Notes: generated by a model not told the origin, from the sequence alone. A DNA stretch of 64,000 nt from an uncultured Planctomycetota bacterium (GCA_963719315.1 CAVRBU010000002.1:480001-544000); one strand, 5' to 3'; shown: positions 9,720-21,438, counted from the first letter of the stretch. Program-made: numbers and translations.

Positions 9720-10830
9720 ATGCGAATCGTACTCGTTTTTCTGTTGCTATTGATGATGTCGGCGCGAAGTGTGCGCGGCGAAACGATCGTATTGCGCGGG
9801 GCCGCGCAGGGGACGACTTACCACATCAAATTCGTGAAGCCGGCGAAGGAGTTTGCAACGCAGCGGCTGCAGGCAGACGTGGAACAATTTCTGGCCGATA
9901 TCGATCGGCAGATGTCGACCTATCGGGCCGACTCGGAGATCAGCCGGTTCAACCGCGCGCCGGCCGGCGTGTGGTTCTCGGTTTCGCCAGCGGTCGTTGA
10001 AGTTGTGAAAGCGGCCCAGGAGATCAGTGAGCTGTCCGATGGTGCGATGGATATTACGGTTGGGCCGCTGGTGCAGTTGTGGCACTTCGGGCCGCGGGCG
10101 AACAAGCCGCCATCACCCCGCCCTCTCCCGGAGGGAGAGGGAGTTGCGAAGCAGAAGTTTGCACCGCCGCCGGAGGAGCAGCTTCGCAACGCCCGCATGC
10201 GGGTGGGTTACAAGAAGCTGGAGTTTCGGCAGACGCCGCCGGCGTTGCGGAAGGAAGTCGACGGGCTGGAGGTCGATTTGTCGTCGATTGCTTCAGGCTA
10301 CACGATCGATCATCTGTCGGCGTTGATGGTGGAACACGGCGTCAAGGATTTCATGGTCGAGCTGGGCGGCGAGGTTCGCGCCGGCGGCAAGCGCGAAGAC
10401 GGCACGCCGTGGCGGATTGCGATCGAACGGCCGACAGCGGAAAAACGCGAGATGGAGGTGGCTGTGCCGTTGGTGAATGCGTGCGCTCGCGACGGCCGGC
10501 GGCACGCACAAGTTTTTCGAGTACGAAGGTCATCGTTACTCGCACATCATCGATCCATCGACAGGACGGCCGGTGGAGCATGCGCTGGCATCGGTCACGG
10601 TGGCGGCCGATACGTGCCTTGAAGCCGATGGCTGGGATACGCCGCTGTTGGTGCTGGGGCCGGAACGTGGGTTTGAACGAGCGGAGAAACTGGGACTCGC
10701 GGCGATGTTTATTTCGCACCCGGATGCTGGCGACGGCACGGACGCGGTGCGAACTACCTCCGCCTGGCGGAAGAGATTTGGCGGAAGTGAAGTTACTGGC
10801 GGCACTGGCAAAGCCAGTGGCACCCGATAA
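9720..10830 (+). CDS. apbE: FAD:protein FMN transferase, frameshift near 10482
   Basis: QGTTYHI, MSTYRADSEISRFN, DITVGPLVQLW, VELGGE in frame 1; ALATAG, YSHIIDPSTG in frame 2. Confidence 0.9.
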
Positions 10831-10870
10831 GAGTGCAAGCTGATTCGATCTTTGCGGGAGGCGATTAATT

Positions 10871-11722
10871 TTGAAAACGCACACGCCTAACGCCGAGGAC
10901 GGCCTGTGGCCACTTTTGGAGCGGTTCTACGACGGCGTGTTATTGGTTCGTGCGGACAATTGGCACGTACTGTGCGCCAATCATACGGCAGCGAGGTGGC
11001 TTGGACAGACTCCAGAGGAATTGGTTGGTCGCTTGGCCCTTGAGCTTTTTTTGGAAGAATCGAGGGAAGCTGTCGTAACGCAGTTCGAACGTGAATTAGC
11101 TGCCGGTTCGAGCGACGGACCAATTATCGTCAAATTGCTCCCAACGCAGCGTCGCAAGCGCACCGTTGGACTCAAGGCCTGCCGTATCGTATGGGATGGT
11201 GAAGCAGCATTGGGGGTGTGGCTGCACTCAGTCCAAACACCAGCGCGCTATTTCGAAAGTATGGACCCGCTCGTCAGATGGAAGGACCGTGCATTCTTAG
11301 AAACTCGGCTCGGCGAATTACTGCACGATTATGACCCCCCGAAGAAATTCGTATTACTGTTTATCGATCTCGACAATTTCAAAGCGGTGAACGATCGCCA
11401 CGGACACATTTGGGGAGATAGAGTGCTGAAAGCAATAGCATGGCAGTTAGCGGAATGTGTTGGAGAGGGCGAACTTGTTGCACGCTACGGCGGCGATGAG
11501 TTCCTTGTCCTTGTGGAGAACCAAACTGACTCGACAAGCGTTGAAGCACTCGCGAATCGTATTCGCCGCGCAGTTTCGACGCCGATGGTAGTACCTGGCG
11601 AGACAATAAGTCTGACGGCGAGTATGGGGATTGCGTATGCCGCGCCAGAATATTGCAAGGTAGAAGATGTATTGGCGGCGGCGGATCGGGCGATGTATGC
11701 GGCGAAGCGCGGGAACCGGTGA
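10871..11722 (+). CDS. PAS-GGDEF diguanylate cyclase
   Basis: PAS-like N-terminus; FIDLDNFKAVNDRHGH, ARYGGDEF, ADRAMYAAK; TTG start. Confidence 0.88.
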   Translation: MKTHTPNAEDGLWPLLERFYDGVLLVRADNWHVLCANHTAARWLGQTPEELVGRLALELFLEESREAVVTQFERELAAGSSDGPIIVKLLPTQRRKRTVGLKACRIVWDGEAALGVWLHSVQTPARYFESMDPLVRWKDRAFLETRLGELLHDYDPPKKFVLLFIDLDNFKAVNDRHGHIWGDRVLKAIAWQLAECVGEGELVARYGGDEFLVLVENQTDSTSVEALANRIRRAVSTPMVVPGETISLTASMGIAYAAPEYCKVEDVLAAADRAMYAAKRGNR

Positions 11723-11726
11723 TGCC

Positions 11727-11791
11727 GCGGCGGGAATCGAAAGAATTCCGCTGCTTTGCCAAATGCTTTGAACTCTTGCGAGTTAAGCTAC
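11727..11791. repeat. REP-like doublet, family A (degenerate)
   Basis: gaactcttgcgagttaagctac right arm; gcgggaatcgaaagaattccgc left arm. Confidence 0.6.
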
Positions 11792-11917
11792 GGGTGGCAG
11801 CGATCGACGTGCTACCAGCGCCAGCAGCCGCTAGCTTGGCATTGTTTGGGCGCGGGCGAATGGCTATCTTTGCCGCGTCTCAGACCCATTGGTGGCTTGA
11901 ACGCAAGGATGCAACGA

Positions 11918-13978
11918 ATGCGAGTATCGGCTGTTTCGGTACACGGCGCCGCGGGCTGGCCCGACGTGTGCCTTGAATCTCACGGGACGCAACTAACGGC
12001 CGTGTGCGGCCCTTCGAATAGCGGCAAAAGTGCCATAGCGGGCCTCATGGGCCATGCTCTGTTCGGCAAATCGGAAGCTGCGCACGGCGGGGCGACGTTG
12101 CCCGAAGGAGAACTGGTTGTCGAGGCGAACAGCGGGCAATATCGGCTGCGGCGGGTGCGCGATGCGCACAATGTTGCGCGGCTGACCGTGGCTGGGCTCC
12201 ATGGTGCGGCGGTCGATCATCAAACCACGCGGCGACTGGTGGGGAACTTGCCGCCGAGCGTTTTGGCGCCGTTGTGCGCAGTGAGTTTCCGCGAGTCGCC
12301 GAACGTGGAACAGTTATTGTCGAAGGAATTTGCGCTCGGGTTTCAATCGGTTCAATCCATTCACGATGACGGTGGTCCGCAAGCTTCGCGTCGCGCGGCG
12401 GAACTCGCCGCGCGACGCGATTTGCTCGCTCAGGAGCTGGAAACGCGGATTTCCGGTGAGCGGCGGGCAAGCGGCGAGCTGGAAACGCGGTGGCGCGAGT
12501 TGGATCGGCTGGCGCACGATCAGCAGCACAATTTGGCTGGCCTGGAGCAGAGATTGCAATCCGCTGAGAAGTCGCTGGCGGAGACGGATGCGCGGCTGCG
12601 ATATCGGCGGCTGGAATTGAATGTGGAATTGCGATGGCGGGCCGACGAGCGCCAGGAACCTGAGACGACACTCACGGAATTGGATGCGCAGCTCGAGCGC
12701 TGCCGGACGATGCTGACGGAAATCGCTGCACGCGAGGGCGTGGTCCGCGGGCGATTGGCGCAGGTGCAGACGGCGCGAACCGGAACGGCGGCGATCGCAG
12801 ATCAGCAGACTTGGCTGGCGGTTTCGCGGCATTTGGCGGCGGATCTGTCGGGTGAAGTTTCGCGGCTGGCGCGGGCGAGTGCGTCGCAGAGTTGCGTTTG
12901 TAACGATGCGCACCCGAGGCTGCGACCGATCGCGGAAACGATTGAGCGGCAACTAGCCGTGCTCGAAGAATGCATCCAAGATCAGCGACGGGCTCTGAGT
13001 GCCACCGAGCTACAGAGCGAAGTCGATGGCTTGGCACGCACGCAGACCGAATTGCGGCGGCATTTGGAGCATTTGCTGGCGCGCCGACAGGCCCACACGT
13101 GGGGCGCACGGTCGTTCCGCGAGGACGCCAAAGGCACGAATCTGGGTTTCAGCGCGGCCGATGCCGAGCAGCTGGAAAGCCGGCGTCTGGAACTTGAACG
13201 GGAACGATTTCAACTAGCGGAGCAAGTCAATGCGGCCGCCAAGAAACTGAAGTCGTTGCGAGGCGAGCGGGATGCGGTCGATCGACAACGGGCGTCCTTG
13301 CTTTCGGCACGGTCAATTGAGCACGTGCAACGTGAATTGGCGCTCGTCCAGCAGAAGTTGGAGCACGCGACGGGGACCAGCACGCCCGTGCAACATGGCT
13401 TAGTCGTTGGCGATTACCCTACGCGGGCATCGGACTTTCTTGCGCAATTGACAAACGGAGATTTGGTGCGGCTGTCGCTCGTCGGCCAGGGTCGCCAGGC
13501 GTGCGTTGTCAACCGCGAAGGAGCAACGATCGCCTTCGATCAACTTGGCGGCACACAGCGCGATCAAGTGTATCTGAGCCTGTGTCTCACGCTGCTCTCG
13601 GCGGCGAGCCGGCAGGATGTGTGGTTGCCGTTGGTGCTCGATGAGCCGTTCGAGCGGCTGGACGCCCGCGCCACGGCGGCGCTGGTGGCGGTGCTCGACG
13701 TGTTCTGTCGGCAGGGGCACCAGGTGTTTGTGTTCACGCGCAAGCAGGATGCGACGGAGCGGCTGGCGTCCATTGGCGCAGCGGTGCACAACATCGCCAG
13801 CTTGCGGCGATGGGGGGCGGAGGCAAATAGCACTAAAACACAGGCACCGTTGCCGATGCCGGCGGCCTCGATGGCACCGGTAAAAAAGCGGAAGGCCGAT
13901 GTGCGGAGTACGGAAGTACGAAGTACCGAGATACGGCGGCGAAAAAAGAAACCCGTCGATCGTAGCGACGCTGCGTGA
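11918..13978 (+). CDS. SMC/Rad50-like (YhaN-type) coiled-coil ABC ATPase
   Basis: Walker A GPSNSGKS, long coiled coil, C-terminal LPLVLDEPFERLD (Walker B/D-loop). Confidence 0.8.
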   Translation: MRVSAVSVHGAAGWPDVCLESHGTQLTAVCGPSNSGKSAIAGLMGHALFGKSEAAHGGATLPEGELVVEANSGQYRLRRVRDAHNVARLTVAGLHGAAVDHQTTRRLVGNLPPSVLAPLCAVSFRESPNVEQLLSKEFALGFQSVQSIHDDGGPQASRRAAELAARRDLLAQELETRISGERRASGELETRWRELDRLAHDQQHNLAGLEQRLQSAEKSLAETDARLRYRRLELNVELRWRADERQEPETTLTELDAQLERCRTMLTEIAAREGVVRGRLAQVQTARTGTAAIADQQTWLAVSRHLAADLSGEVSRLARASASQSCVCNDAHPRLRPIAETIERQLAVLEECIQDQRRALSATELQSEVDGLARTQTELRRHLEHLLARRQAHTWGARSFREDAKGTNLGFSAADAEQLESRRLELERERFQLAEQVNAAAKKLKSLRGERDAVDRQRASLLSARSIEHVQRELALVQQKLEHATGTSTPVQHGLVVGDYPTRASDFLAQLTNGDLVRLSLVGQGRQACVVNREGATIAFDQLGGTQRDQVYLSLCLTLLSAASRQDVWLPLVLDEPFERLDARATAALVAVLDVFCRQGHQVFVFTRKQDATERLASIGAAVHNIASLRRWGAEANSTKTQAPLPMPAASMAPVKKRKADVRSTEVRSTEIRRRKKKPVDRSDAA

Positions 13979-13995
13979 GCTAAACCACGAGTGAA

Positions 13996-14478
13996 CTACT
14001 CGTCCAGGAATTTGATTTCCAGAATCTGGAACTTGTTGGTGCCGGCGGGGACTTCGACTTCTACCTTGTCGCCGACTTTCTTTCCAACGAAGCCCTGAGC
14101 CAGTGGGCTGGCGATGTTGATGCGGCCCGTGTCGTAGTCCTCTTCGCCGGCGCCGACGAGCGTGAACTCCTCGGTGTCGCCGAAGTCGAGGTCCTTCACG
14201 ACGATCGTGCAGCCGAAGACCACTTGGTCCTTGGGTAGCTTGGCATTGTCCATGATGGCCGCGCGGGCCAGTTTGTCGGCGAGCAAGTTGATTTTGGCCT
14301 GCAGCAGCCCCTGCGACTCGCGGGCACCGTGGTACTCGGCATTTTCGCTGAGGTCGCCTTCCGCCCGGGCGGTCGCGATCCGCTTTTCGATTTCCGGCAT
14401 CTGCTCGTTTTGGAGCACATCGAGCTCGGCCTTGATCTTGTTGTACCCAGCACGGGTCATGGGGATTCGTTCGGACAT
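13996..14478 (-). CDS. greA: Transcription elongation factor GreA
   Basis: [25 protein letters not shown]. Confidence 0.96.
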   Translation of the reverse strand: MSERIPMTRAGYNKIKAELDVLQNEQMPEIEKRIATARAEGDLSENAEYHGARESQGLLQAKINLLADKLARAAIMDNAKLPKDQVVFGCTIVVKDLDFGDTEEFTLVGAGEEDYDTGRINIASPLAQGFVGKKVGDKVEVEVPAGTNKFQILEIKFLDE

Positions 14479-14485
14479 GGCAATT

Positions 14486-14513
14486 GGTCGAGAGTCGAGG
14501 GTCGAGAGCCAGA
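14486..14513. repeat. Heptamer (GTCGAG[A/G]) array ending 7 nt before the greA ATG
   Basis: ggtcgagagtcgagggtcgagagccaga. Confidence 0.8.
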
Positions 14514-14653
14514 AGCCCTGGCCTTAGTTCTCAGGGGCTTCACGTCAAGTTGTCGAAGCGCAACAAAAATGGCCTCCCTGGGGGAAGCCCACGTCGTCAG
14601 CAGATATTTTCGATCCAACAGCAAAGGTTGTAAAGGGCAGTAAACCCCCTTGA

Positions 14654-14878
14654 TCATCTCGACTGTTCGGCCGATTGCGAGTTTTCACTGATTTCTGAAA
14701 TATTCATTAACGCCAGCAATTTGTTCAGCATACGGCCCTTATCGCGAGTCAATACGGCCACCGAATAGTCGCCCACGAGCGCAAACTCAGGGCCGGAGAC
14801 GTCATACGTATCTCCATTGTTCATACGGATGCGTATGGGCGTACGACGGAGCCAAGCTTTTACTTCGTCAGGTTCCAT
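14654..14878 (-). CDS. Small hypothetical protein (74 aa)
   Basis: ATG-initiated A/T-richer ORF; P(I/F)RIxMxxGxxYxV..PE pattern resembles small planctomycete proteins. Confidence 0.6.
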   Translation of the reverse strand: MEPDEVKAWLRRTPIRIRMNNGDTYDVSGPEFALVGDYSVAVLTRDKGRMLNKLLALMNISEISENSQSAEQSR

Positions 14879-15008
14879 GGATAAATATCTCGTATCCCAT
14901 TGTCAATTCAGGGCTTCGATCGGTGAATCAATCCATTTTATCATACCGCCCGATGCGAGCCAGTGGTTCAAGCTCGGGGTGGTGTTCTAGTTTGCGGCAC
15001 AACACCTT

Positions 15009-15059
15009 GTAGCACGGACTTCAGTCCGTGATTCTCGTACGGACTGAAGTCCGTGCTAC
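15009..15059. repeat. GTAG-footed perfect REP doublet (family B)
   Basis: GTAGcacggacttcagtccgtg-attctcgt-acggactgaagtccgtgCTAC. Confidence 0.85.
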
Positions 15060-15143
15060 AAAGTTCCGGTCCGAACGGCGCCAAATTAGGACACTACCAA
15101 GCTCGGCGATTGGTAGACAGGATTGTCTGCCCCACACGGGCGT

Positions 15144-15846
15144 TTATTCGGACAAATACAGCAGCCGCCCGCAGGATTTGCAGAAGATGAGCTTGGAGAG
15201 TCGCAGCTCATTTTGCATGTTGAGCGTGATCTGCTGGCCGCAGCCGCTGCAGACACCGTCGTCGGCGGCGGCCAGGCTGTCGGCCCCTTTGCTGCGGACA
15301 ACGCGGTCGTAGTCGGCTTTGAGGTCAGCGGGGAGCGCCTTCTCGGCCTCGATCAATTCGCCTTCCAGTCGCGTGATATCGGAGTGGATGGACGCGGCGG
15401 AACGTTTCTACGGCCTGCCGGGCTTTTTCCATTTCCTGCTTGCCGGAGGCTAGATTCTTTTCGGCTTCTTTCGTTGCGAGAGCGAGTTGGTCGACCTTTT
15501 CCATGCCTTCCAGGATTTCGTCCGAGAGGACGCTGCCGGCCATTTCGGCGGCGGCGATTTGTTCCAGGAACGCCTGGTACTCGCGATTGCTGTTCGCGCC
15601 GTTGAGCTTTACCCGCAGATCAAGGACCTTTTGCTCGCCCGACTTCAGGTCGAGCTGCTTGCGATCGGTCGCCATTTGCATTTGCTTGGCGCGATCGCGG
15701 GCTTCGGCGAGCCTGGCCTCAAGCTGGGCCACATTCGCTTCGCGGGCCCGGACCTGCTTGGGGCCGCGTTCGAGGCGGTCGCGCAGGTCGGCTAATTCTT
15801 GGTGGATCCGGTGCAACTCCCGCAGTGCGGCAGCCGTAACGCTCAT
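15144..15846 (-). CDS. Coiled-coil protein with C-terminal C4 zinc ribbon (DUF164/CT398-like), frameshift near 15400
   Basis: Coiled coil with SNREYQA; second frame CSGC...FCKSCGRLLY; lies downstream of rpoD. Confidence 0.85.
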
Positions 15847-15959
15847 GTGCGGCCTCCCTGATGCGTGACGTTCATGCGTATGATTTCAATGATCGGAGTA
15901 ATGGATACCATTATGATACCGCGCAAACGAGTTTTGCAGTATCGGTTGGTTTGGGCACG

Positions 15960-15989
15960 AAAAAAGCCGCCGATCGTAGACCGGCGGCT
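15960..15989 (-). terminator. Intrinsic terminator after rpoD
   Basis: Minus strand agccgccg-gtctacgat-cggcggct followed by a T run. Confidence 0.75.
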
Positions 15990-15992
15990 CAC

Positions 15993-16069
15993 GTAGGCGA
16001 GTTTCTCCGAAACTCGCACCAAAGCGCATTTTGAATTGTCGTCTGTCAGTTTCGGAGAAACTGACCTAC
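15993..16069. repeat. GTAG-footed REP-like doublet whose foot supplies the rpoD stop
   Basis: GTAGgcgagtttctccgaaactcgc ... gtcagtttcggagaaactgacCTAC. Confidence 0.75.
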
Positions 16070-17721
16070 GCCGCGGCGGCGGTGGCGACGCCGGGGACGA
16101 ACGGTTCGAGATAGCGGCTGCGGACGGGGTTCTGCAGCTTGGCGACCGCCTTGGCTTCGATCTGCCGCACGCGTTCGCGGGTAACTTTGAAGATTCGGCC
16201 AACTTCCTCCAGCGTGTAGGAGTAGCCATCGGCCAGGCCGTATCGCAGGCGGATGATTTCGCGTTCGCGGAACGTCAACGTCTTGAGGAGCTCCTCGATC
16301 CGCTCGCGCAGTTGGATATTGTTCGCCAACTTGTGCGGAGCTTCGGTGCCCTGGTCTTGCACGAACTCGCCGAAGCAGCCGTCGTCCCCTTCGCCGATCG
16401 GGCGGTCGAGGCTGATCGGGTGGCGGCCGATATCCAACACGCGCTCGGTCTCTTCGATCGTGATACCGGCCTCGATGGCGGTTTCCTCGGTCGTCGGCTC
16501 GCGGCCCATCTCCTGCAGCAGCTTCTTGGCCGCGTTGCGGAGTTTCATGAGCACGTCGATCATGTGGACCGGAATGCGGATCGTGCGGGCCTGGTCGGCG
16601 ATTGCCCGCGTGATCGCCTGGCGAATCCACCACGTGGCGTACGTGCTGAATTTGAAGCCGCGGCGGTACTCATACTTATCGACGGCCCGCATCAGGCCCG
16701 TGTTGCCTTCCTGGATCAAGTCCAGGAACGAGAGGCCGCGGTTCCGGTACTTCTTGGCAATCGAGACCACGAGCCGCAGATTGCCGCTGGATAGTTCGCG
16801 CTTGGCGTCTTCGAACTGCTTGTACTGCCCGCGGAGCAATCGGCAGCGGCGACGGAGGCTGGCCGGACTTTCCAGCGTGCTGAGCATGTGCTCGCGCAGC
16901 TCGTGTCGGATGGAGGCGATCTTATCGGCCGGTGCGTTCGTGGCGCGGAGTTCGGCCAGTTGGCGCCGGAGATCATCCATTCGCTTCGACGTGTCCTCAA
17001 GCTGGCGAATGAGGGGCTGCACGCGGCGGGTACGCAAGCTCATTTCCTCGACCAGCAAGAGCATTTTGTCGCGCGTGCGAATATAGCGGATGCGGGCGAC
17101 GGCCTTCTGCTCCGGCATGGCCTTCTTGCTCGTCAGCAGCGCGAAGTCCTGCTTTTGCCGGGCCATCAACTGCTGCAACAGCGGCAGGTTATGCGGCATG
17201 CGGGCTTGCACCTGCTCCTTCGTGAGCCGCTCGGTGAGCGAAACCTTGATCGTGCGATCGAACGGCAGTTCGCCCTTATGGACGCGCTCCAGCACTTTCA
17301 CCGTGGCTTCCAGAGCGAAGAACGACCGAAGCAGGTTGCGGCGAAAGCGCTTACGCGTGAGCTCAATTTTCTTGGCGAGACGGATTTCTTCGTCCCGCGT
17401 CAGCAGCGGAATGTTCGCCATTTGCGACAGGTACATGCGGATCGGATCGCTCGATCCGTGCGGCATGCCGTCGGTAAGGACGAAGCCGCGGTCGCCGTCG
17501 GCGTTGCTGGGCTCTGGATCGGCCAGCTCGCGGCGGTTGTCGTTGGGGCCATCGACGAGCTCGATTCCCAGGCCGTCGATTGCACTGAGCACGGCGTCGA
17601 TGCGGTCGGTGCCTTCGATTTCATCCGGCAGCAGCGCGCTGACTTCTTCGTAGGTGAGTTGACCGCTAGCCTTGGCCTTGGATATGAGTTCTTGGAGAGC
17701 GAGATCAATACGCGATAACAT
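16066..17721 (-). CDS. rpoD: RNA polymerase primary-type sigma-70 factor
   Basis: Region 1.1, [53 protein letters not shown] before ATG 17721; follows dnaG. Confidence 0.92.
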   Translation of the reverse strand: MLSRIDLALQELISKAKASGQLTYEEVSALLPDEIEGTDRIDAVLSAIDGLGIELVDGPNDNRRELADPEPSNADGDRGFVLTDGMPHGSSDPIRMYLSQMANIPLLTRDEEIRLAKKIELTRKRFRRNLLRSFFALEATVKVLERVHKGELPFDRTIKVSLTERLTKEQVQARMPHNLPLLQQLMARQKQDFALLTSKKAMPEQKAVARIRYIRTRDKMLLLVEEMSLRTRRVQPLIRQLEDTSKRMDDLRRQLAELRATNAPADKIASIRHELREHMLSTLESPASLRRRCRLLRGQYKQFEDAKRELSSGNLRLVVSIAKKYRNRGLSFLDLIQEGNTGLMRAVDKYEYRRGFKFSTYATWWIRQAITRAIADQARTIRIPVHMIDVLMKLRNAAKKLLQEMGREPTTEETAIEAGITIEETERVLDIGRHPISLDRPIGEGDDGCFGEFVQDQGTEAPHKLANNIQLRERIEELLKTLTFREREIIRLRYGLADGYSYTLEEVGRIFKVTRERVRQIEAKAVAKLQNPVRSRYLEPFVPGVATAAAA

Positions 17722-17820
17722 CGTTCGGCTCCTCCCGCACATCGTGTGCGGCTGGTACGAGGTGGCGAATGACCGACGAGGGGCCTTGCCCGTCCATAAG
17801 CAAGGTGAAGCCCGCCGGCT

Positions 17821-17908
17821 GTCCTTTGTCCGTGGTCGGTCGTCCGTTGTCGCGGGGGTGGCCCGATGTCTGTCGACAACGGACCACGGACAACGGACTA
17901 CGGACAAA
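17821..17908. repeat. Inverted pair of heptamer arrays (TTGTCCG / CGGACAA) in the dnaG-rpoD junction
   Basis: gtcctttgtccgtggtcggtcgtccgttgtc ... gacaacggaccacggacaacggactacggacaa. Confidence 0.85.
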
Positions 17909-19810
17909 TCATTTCTTTCTCCTTTCGAATTCATTGAGATGCTTCGATTTGGATTGTTCACAAAATTGAGCGAGCAGTTGTTCGGCGCTGGTGTCGCTTT
18001 GGCGGGCCGTGGCGAGGGCGGCCCGGCGCGCTGATTCGTCGCTGCGGCGGCGGTGTGTTTCGAGCAGGTCGGCGAGCCAGCGCTCGCGGTCGGCCTGGAA
18101 TTTGGTCGCGGCGGATTCATCGAGCTCGACGAGCAGGTTTTTGATTTCCGGCTCGTCGAACGCGGCCATCAGGCGGCCGAAATCGTCGTGCATCCCCTGC
18201 TCTGCCAGGCGGCAGCAGCCGACGAAGATTCGGCGGGCGACGGATGAGGAAATCGCGGCCGGCGGGATCGTTGCCGCCAGCCGGGTCACGAAAGAGGGAT
18301 CGAGGATGACCAGTTCCAGCAACTCGCGATCCCACGTCGGCAAGTCGGCGCTGCGGGCGGGGATTTCGGATTGCGCGGTACTCGAATCGTCGTCCGCAAT
18401 CTGGTCGGAATCCGAGCTTTGCGACGGCCGGCGGCTGCGGGCTTCGCGGCGGAGCCCGGACAAACGACTGCGAAGCGTTTCTTCCGGCAGGTGGAACTCG
18501 CGGGCAATGCGGCTGAGCATCGACCCTTCGCGCAAGAGCGCTGCCGATGTGCCGCCGCCGGCGGGGCGCATCTGAGCCAGGGTCGCGAGCAATTGCTCGG
18601 CGGCTTGCGAGGCACGATGGGTATCGGTGATCGTGTCCAATCCGTTGGTCACTGCTTTGAATTTATGTTCCAACGCGTCGACCGCTTGAGCGAGCAACAG
18701 CCGGAACTCGTCACTTCCATGTGTAGCAATAAAATCACACGGATCGATACCCTCTGGCAAGGTCAGAATCCGCAAGTCGACCAGATTTTTTTCGAAGAGT
18801 GCCAGCAGTGCGTCCAGAATCTCGTTGGTGCGGCGGCGACCTGCGGCGTCGCCATCGAGGACGAGTGTGATGCGTTCCGTGTACCGGCGCAAGAGTTGCA
18901 AATGGCGTTCACCGAGCGCGGTGCCGAGGACCGCAACACAGTTGGGGATGCCATGTTGCTGCGCCATCAGGCAATCGGTGTAGCCCTCCATGACGATCGC
19001 GCCGCCCTCCTCTTTGAAGTGATCTCGTGCCACATCGAGGCCGTAAAGCTCGCGGCTTTTGGAGAAGAGGGGCGTTTCGGGCGAGTTGATGTACTTGGCC
19101 GATTTGTCGTCCGCTAGCTGTGGCAGCACCCGGCCGCCGAAGGCGATCGGCCGCGAGCGGGCATCGCGAATCGAAAACATCACGCGCCCGCGGAACCAAT
19201 CGTAGTGGCCGCCACCAAGTTCCTTGCGACGGAGCAATCCTAGGCGTTCGAGGAGGGCGGGCGACCATTCGCTGCCGCGGGATCGCTCCAGGAGCCAATC
19301 CCAACGCTGCCCCAAAGGCGCGTAGCCGAGATGAAAACGGCGGATGGTTTCGTCGCTGATGCCTCGTTCGGCGAAGTACGCGCGTCCCGGTTCGCCTTCG
19401 GGCGCCGAAACCAGGCAGCGGTGGAATTGGTCTTCGGCCCAGGCGAGAACGCGGTAGAGAGTGCGTTTGTCGTCCTCCGCTCGGGACGGGCCGCTCTCCG
19501 GCTCGCTTTGCGGGCGACGCAATTGGATTCCCGCGCGTTCGGCGAGTAGCTCCAGCGCTTCGCGGAACTCCAGGTTTTCGGCCCGCATGATGAAGCTGAA
19601 CACGTCTCCGCCGTAGTCACAGACCCAGCATTTGAACGACTGCCGGTCGGGATTCACCGTGAGGCTAGGGCGGCTGTCGTCGTGCCAGGGGCAAAGGGCG
19701 ACGAAGTTGCGACCCTGGCGGCGGAGTTGCACGTAGCTGCCGACGAGATCGACGATGTCGATCGCCTGGCGAACTTGCTCCTTGGCATCGAATGCGGGGC
19801 CGAAACTCAC
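17909..19810 (-). CDS. dnaG: DNA primase
   Basis: CPWH..CWVC zinc finger, [25 protein letters not shown] (TOPRIM); GTG start after GGAGG. Confidence 0.96.
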   Translation of the reverse strand: MSFGPAFDAKEQVRQAIDIVDLVGSYVQLRRQGRNFVALCPWHDDSRPSLTVNPDRQSFKCWVCDYGGDVFSFIMRAENLEFREALELLAERAGIQLRRPQSEPESGPSRAEDDKRTLYRVLAWAEDQFHRCLVSAPEGEPGRAYFAERGISDETIRRFHLGYAPLGQRWDWLLERSRGSEWSPALLERLGLLRRKELGGGHYDWFRGRVMFSIRDARSRPIAFGGRVLPQLADDKSAKYINSPETPLFSKSRELYGLDVARDHFKEEGGAIVMEGYTDCLMAQQHGIPNCVAVLGTALGERHLQLLRRYTERITLVLDGDAAGRRRTNEILDALLALFEKNLVDLRILTLPEGIDPCDFIATHGSDEFRLLLAQAVDALEHKFKAVTNGLDTITDTHRASQAAEQLLATLAQMRPAGGGTSAALLREGSMLSRIAREFHLPEETLRSRLSGLRREARSRRPSQSSDSDQIADDDSSTAQSEIPARSADLPTWDRELLELVILDPSFVTRLAATIPPAAISSSVARRIFVGCCRLAEQGMHDDFGRLMAAFDEPEIKNLLVELDESAATKFQADRERWLADLLETHRRRSDESARRAALATARQSDTSAEQLLAQFCEQSKSKHLNEFERRKK

Positions 19811-19870
19811 GATGCGGGTCCTCCGGTGACAGCCAATCCGCCAATCCGCTAGCGGCAAACGTGGTTAAAG

Positions 19871-21094
19871 CTACTCGTCGCGATCTGGCTTGCGCTCGAC
19901 TTTGACATCGAGTTCAAGATTCTTTTTTTCTTTGCCGTTCTGTCGCACGAGCAGGAGTTTGGCGGTGGAACCGATCTCGGTGGCGGCAATCGCGCGACTC
20001 AGGAGCGTTGGATCGGTCGCTGCATGTTGGTTCCACTTAAGGATGACATCGCCCGTTTTGACGCCGACGCGACCGGCGGGCGCATCGCGCCGCACAGTGC
20101 CGACCAGCACGCCTTCGCCAAGCGCGAGACCATATTGTGTTCGGATATCCTCCGGCACGTCGAGCGGTTCGATCCCCAACCAAGCGCGGTCGATGTGCCC
20201 CTTGGCGCGGAGCTCGTCGTAACGATCGCGGGCAATCGCGCTGGGAATCGAAAAGCTGATGCCCTGATAGGCCGAGCCGAAGATGGCGGCGTTGATGCCG
20301 ACGATTTGACCTTCGATATTCACGAGCGGGCCGCCGCTGTTGCCGGGGTTCACGGCGGCGTCGGTCTGCAAATATTCCTGGTAGGGGCTGCGGCTGATGA
20401 AGCTGCCGCTGCGCCGCGCTTTCGCGCTAACGATGCCGAACGTGAGACTGCGATCGAGTCCGTAGGGGCTACCCAATGCCCACACGAGATCGCCGACTTC
20501 GAGCTTGTCGCTATTGCCCCATTCGGCCGGAATGAGGTTGTCCAAATCGATTTTCAGCACCGCGATATCGGTCATCGCGTCGGCGCCGACGACCTTTCCC
20601 TCGGCCACGCGGCGATCGCTCAGGCGGACTTGAACCGTGTCGACGCCGTTCACCACGTGAAAGTTAGTGATGATGTAACCGGCCTTATCGACGATCACGC
20701 CCGAACCTTGACCGTCCAGATTCCCGCCGGTTGGGCGCGTGATGCTGACGACGCTCGGCTCGACGCGTTTGGCCACGAGCCGCGAAGCCATTTCCAAATT
20801 GTTGAGCCGGGGCTTGAGTTGAGCGAGCGTGCCGGAAGCGACATCGTAGCCAGCCTTCAGTTCGTTGTAGGTGGTTTCATACACGAAGCGCCCAACCAGG
20901 AACGGCCCGGCGAGCAACAAGATGAACACTAAAAGCAGAAACCACAGGGCGCCGGTTTGGCGCGACGAGCCGGAAGACCGACGTTCCGAAGTGGGCGAAG
21001 TTGAGCGCGGCGAGTCAGACTCGCACGGCGGCAAAGCTGGAGGCGGCGCGGCGTCGGTCGCTGCTGTCGCGGGTGAAGTGATTGCGTCGTCCAT
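19871..21094 (-). CDS. HtrA/DegS-like membrane-anchored serine protease with one PDZ domain
   Basis: TM helix, ITNFHVV, DIAVL, NPGNSGGPL, C-terminal PDZ. Confidence 0.92.
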   Translation of the reverse strand: MDDAITSPATAATDAAPPPALPPCESDSPRSTSPTSERRSSGSSRQTGALWFLLLVFILLLAGPFLVGRFVYETTYNELKAGYDVASGTLAQLKPRLNNLEMASRLVAKRVEPSVVSITRPTGGNLDGQGSGVIVDKAGYIITNFHVVNGVDTVQVRLSDRRVAEGKVVGADAMTDIAVLKIDLDNLIPAEWGNSDKLEVGDLVWALGSPYGLDRSLTFGIVSAKARRSGSFISRSPYQEYLQTDAAVNPGNSGGPLVNIEGQIVGINAAIFGSAYQGISFSIPSAIARDRYDELRAKGHIDRAWLGIEPLDVPEDIRTQYGLALGEGVLVGTVRRDAPAGRVGVKTGDVILKWNQHAATDPTLLSRAIAATEIGSTAKLLLVRQNGKEKKNLELDVKVERKPDRDE

Positions 21095-21333
21095 CTTTCG
21101 CGCACTCAGGATCGCGGTCGATAAGTGGCGGCAGGAATGGCCGCTCCTACCGATTATAAAGCCGACCGGCGAAAAATGCGATTGGCTGGCGCATTGCGCG
21201 GTACGGCCCGCATAATCAACCTAATCGGCCCCAACCCTGCCACTGGACACCGGCTGATTGGGGGACATTTTCGCGACGGCGACCTAACTTTAGATGAGTG
21301 CCGTGGTCGGCCCGACCGGTCCCGTTGTGAATT

Positions 21334-21399
21334 GTCGCTGAAGTCCCAAGACTTGCAGCGGTCGGCGAAGCCAGTCGGAATTCTTGCGAATACCGCTAC
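21334..21399. repeat. REP-like doublet, family A
   Basis: gtcgctgaagtcccaagactt ... ggaattcttgcgaataccgctac. Confidence 0.65.
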
Positions 21400-21438
21400 G
21401 GCGGTTTCAATAATAGCAACACGATTGAACCAAGCCCA

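Noticed and set aside
17722..18120. N-terminal extension of RpoD in the ORF track
   Set aside because: It overlaps dnaG and translates the heptamer element; a strong SD supports ATG 17721.
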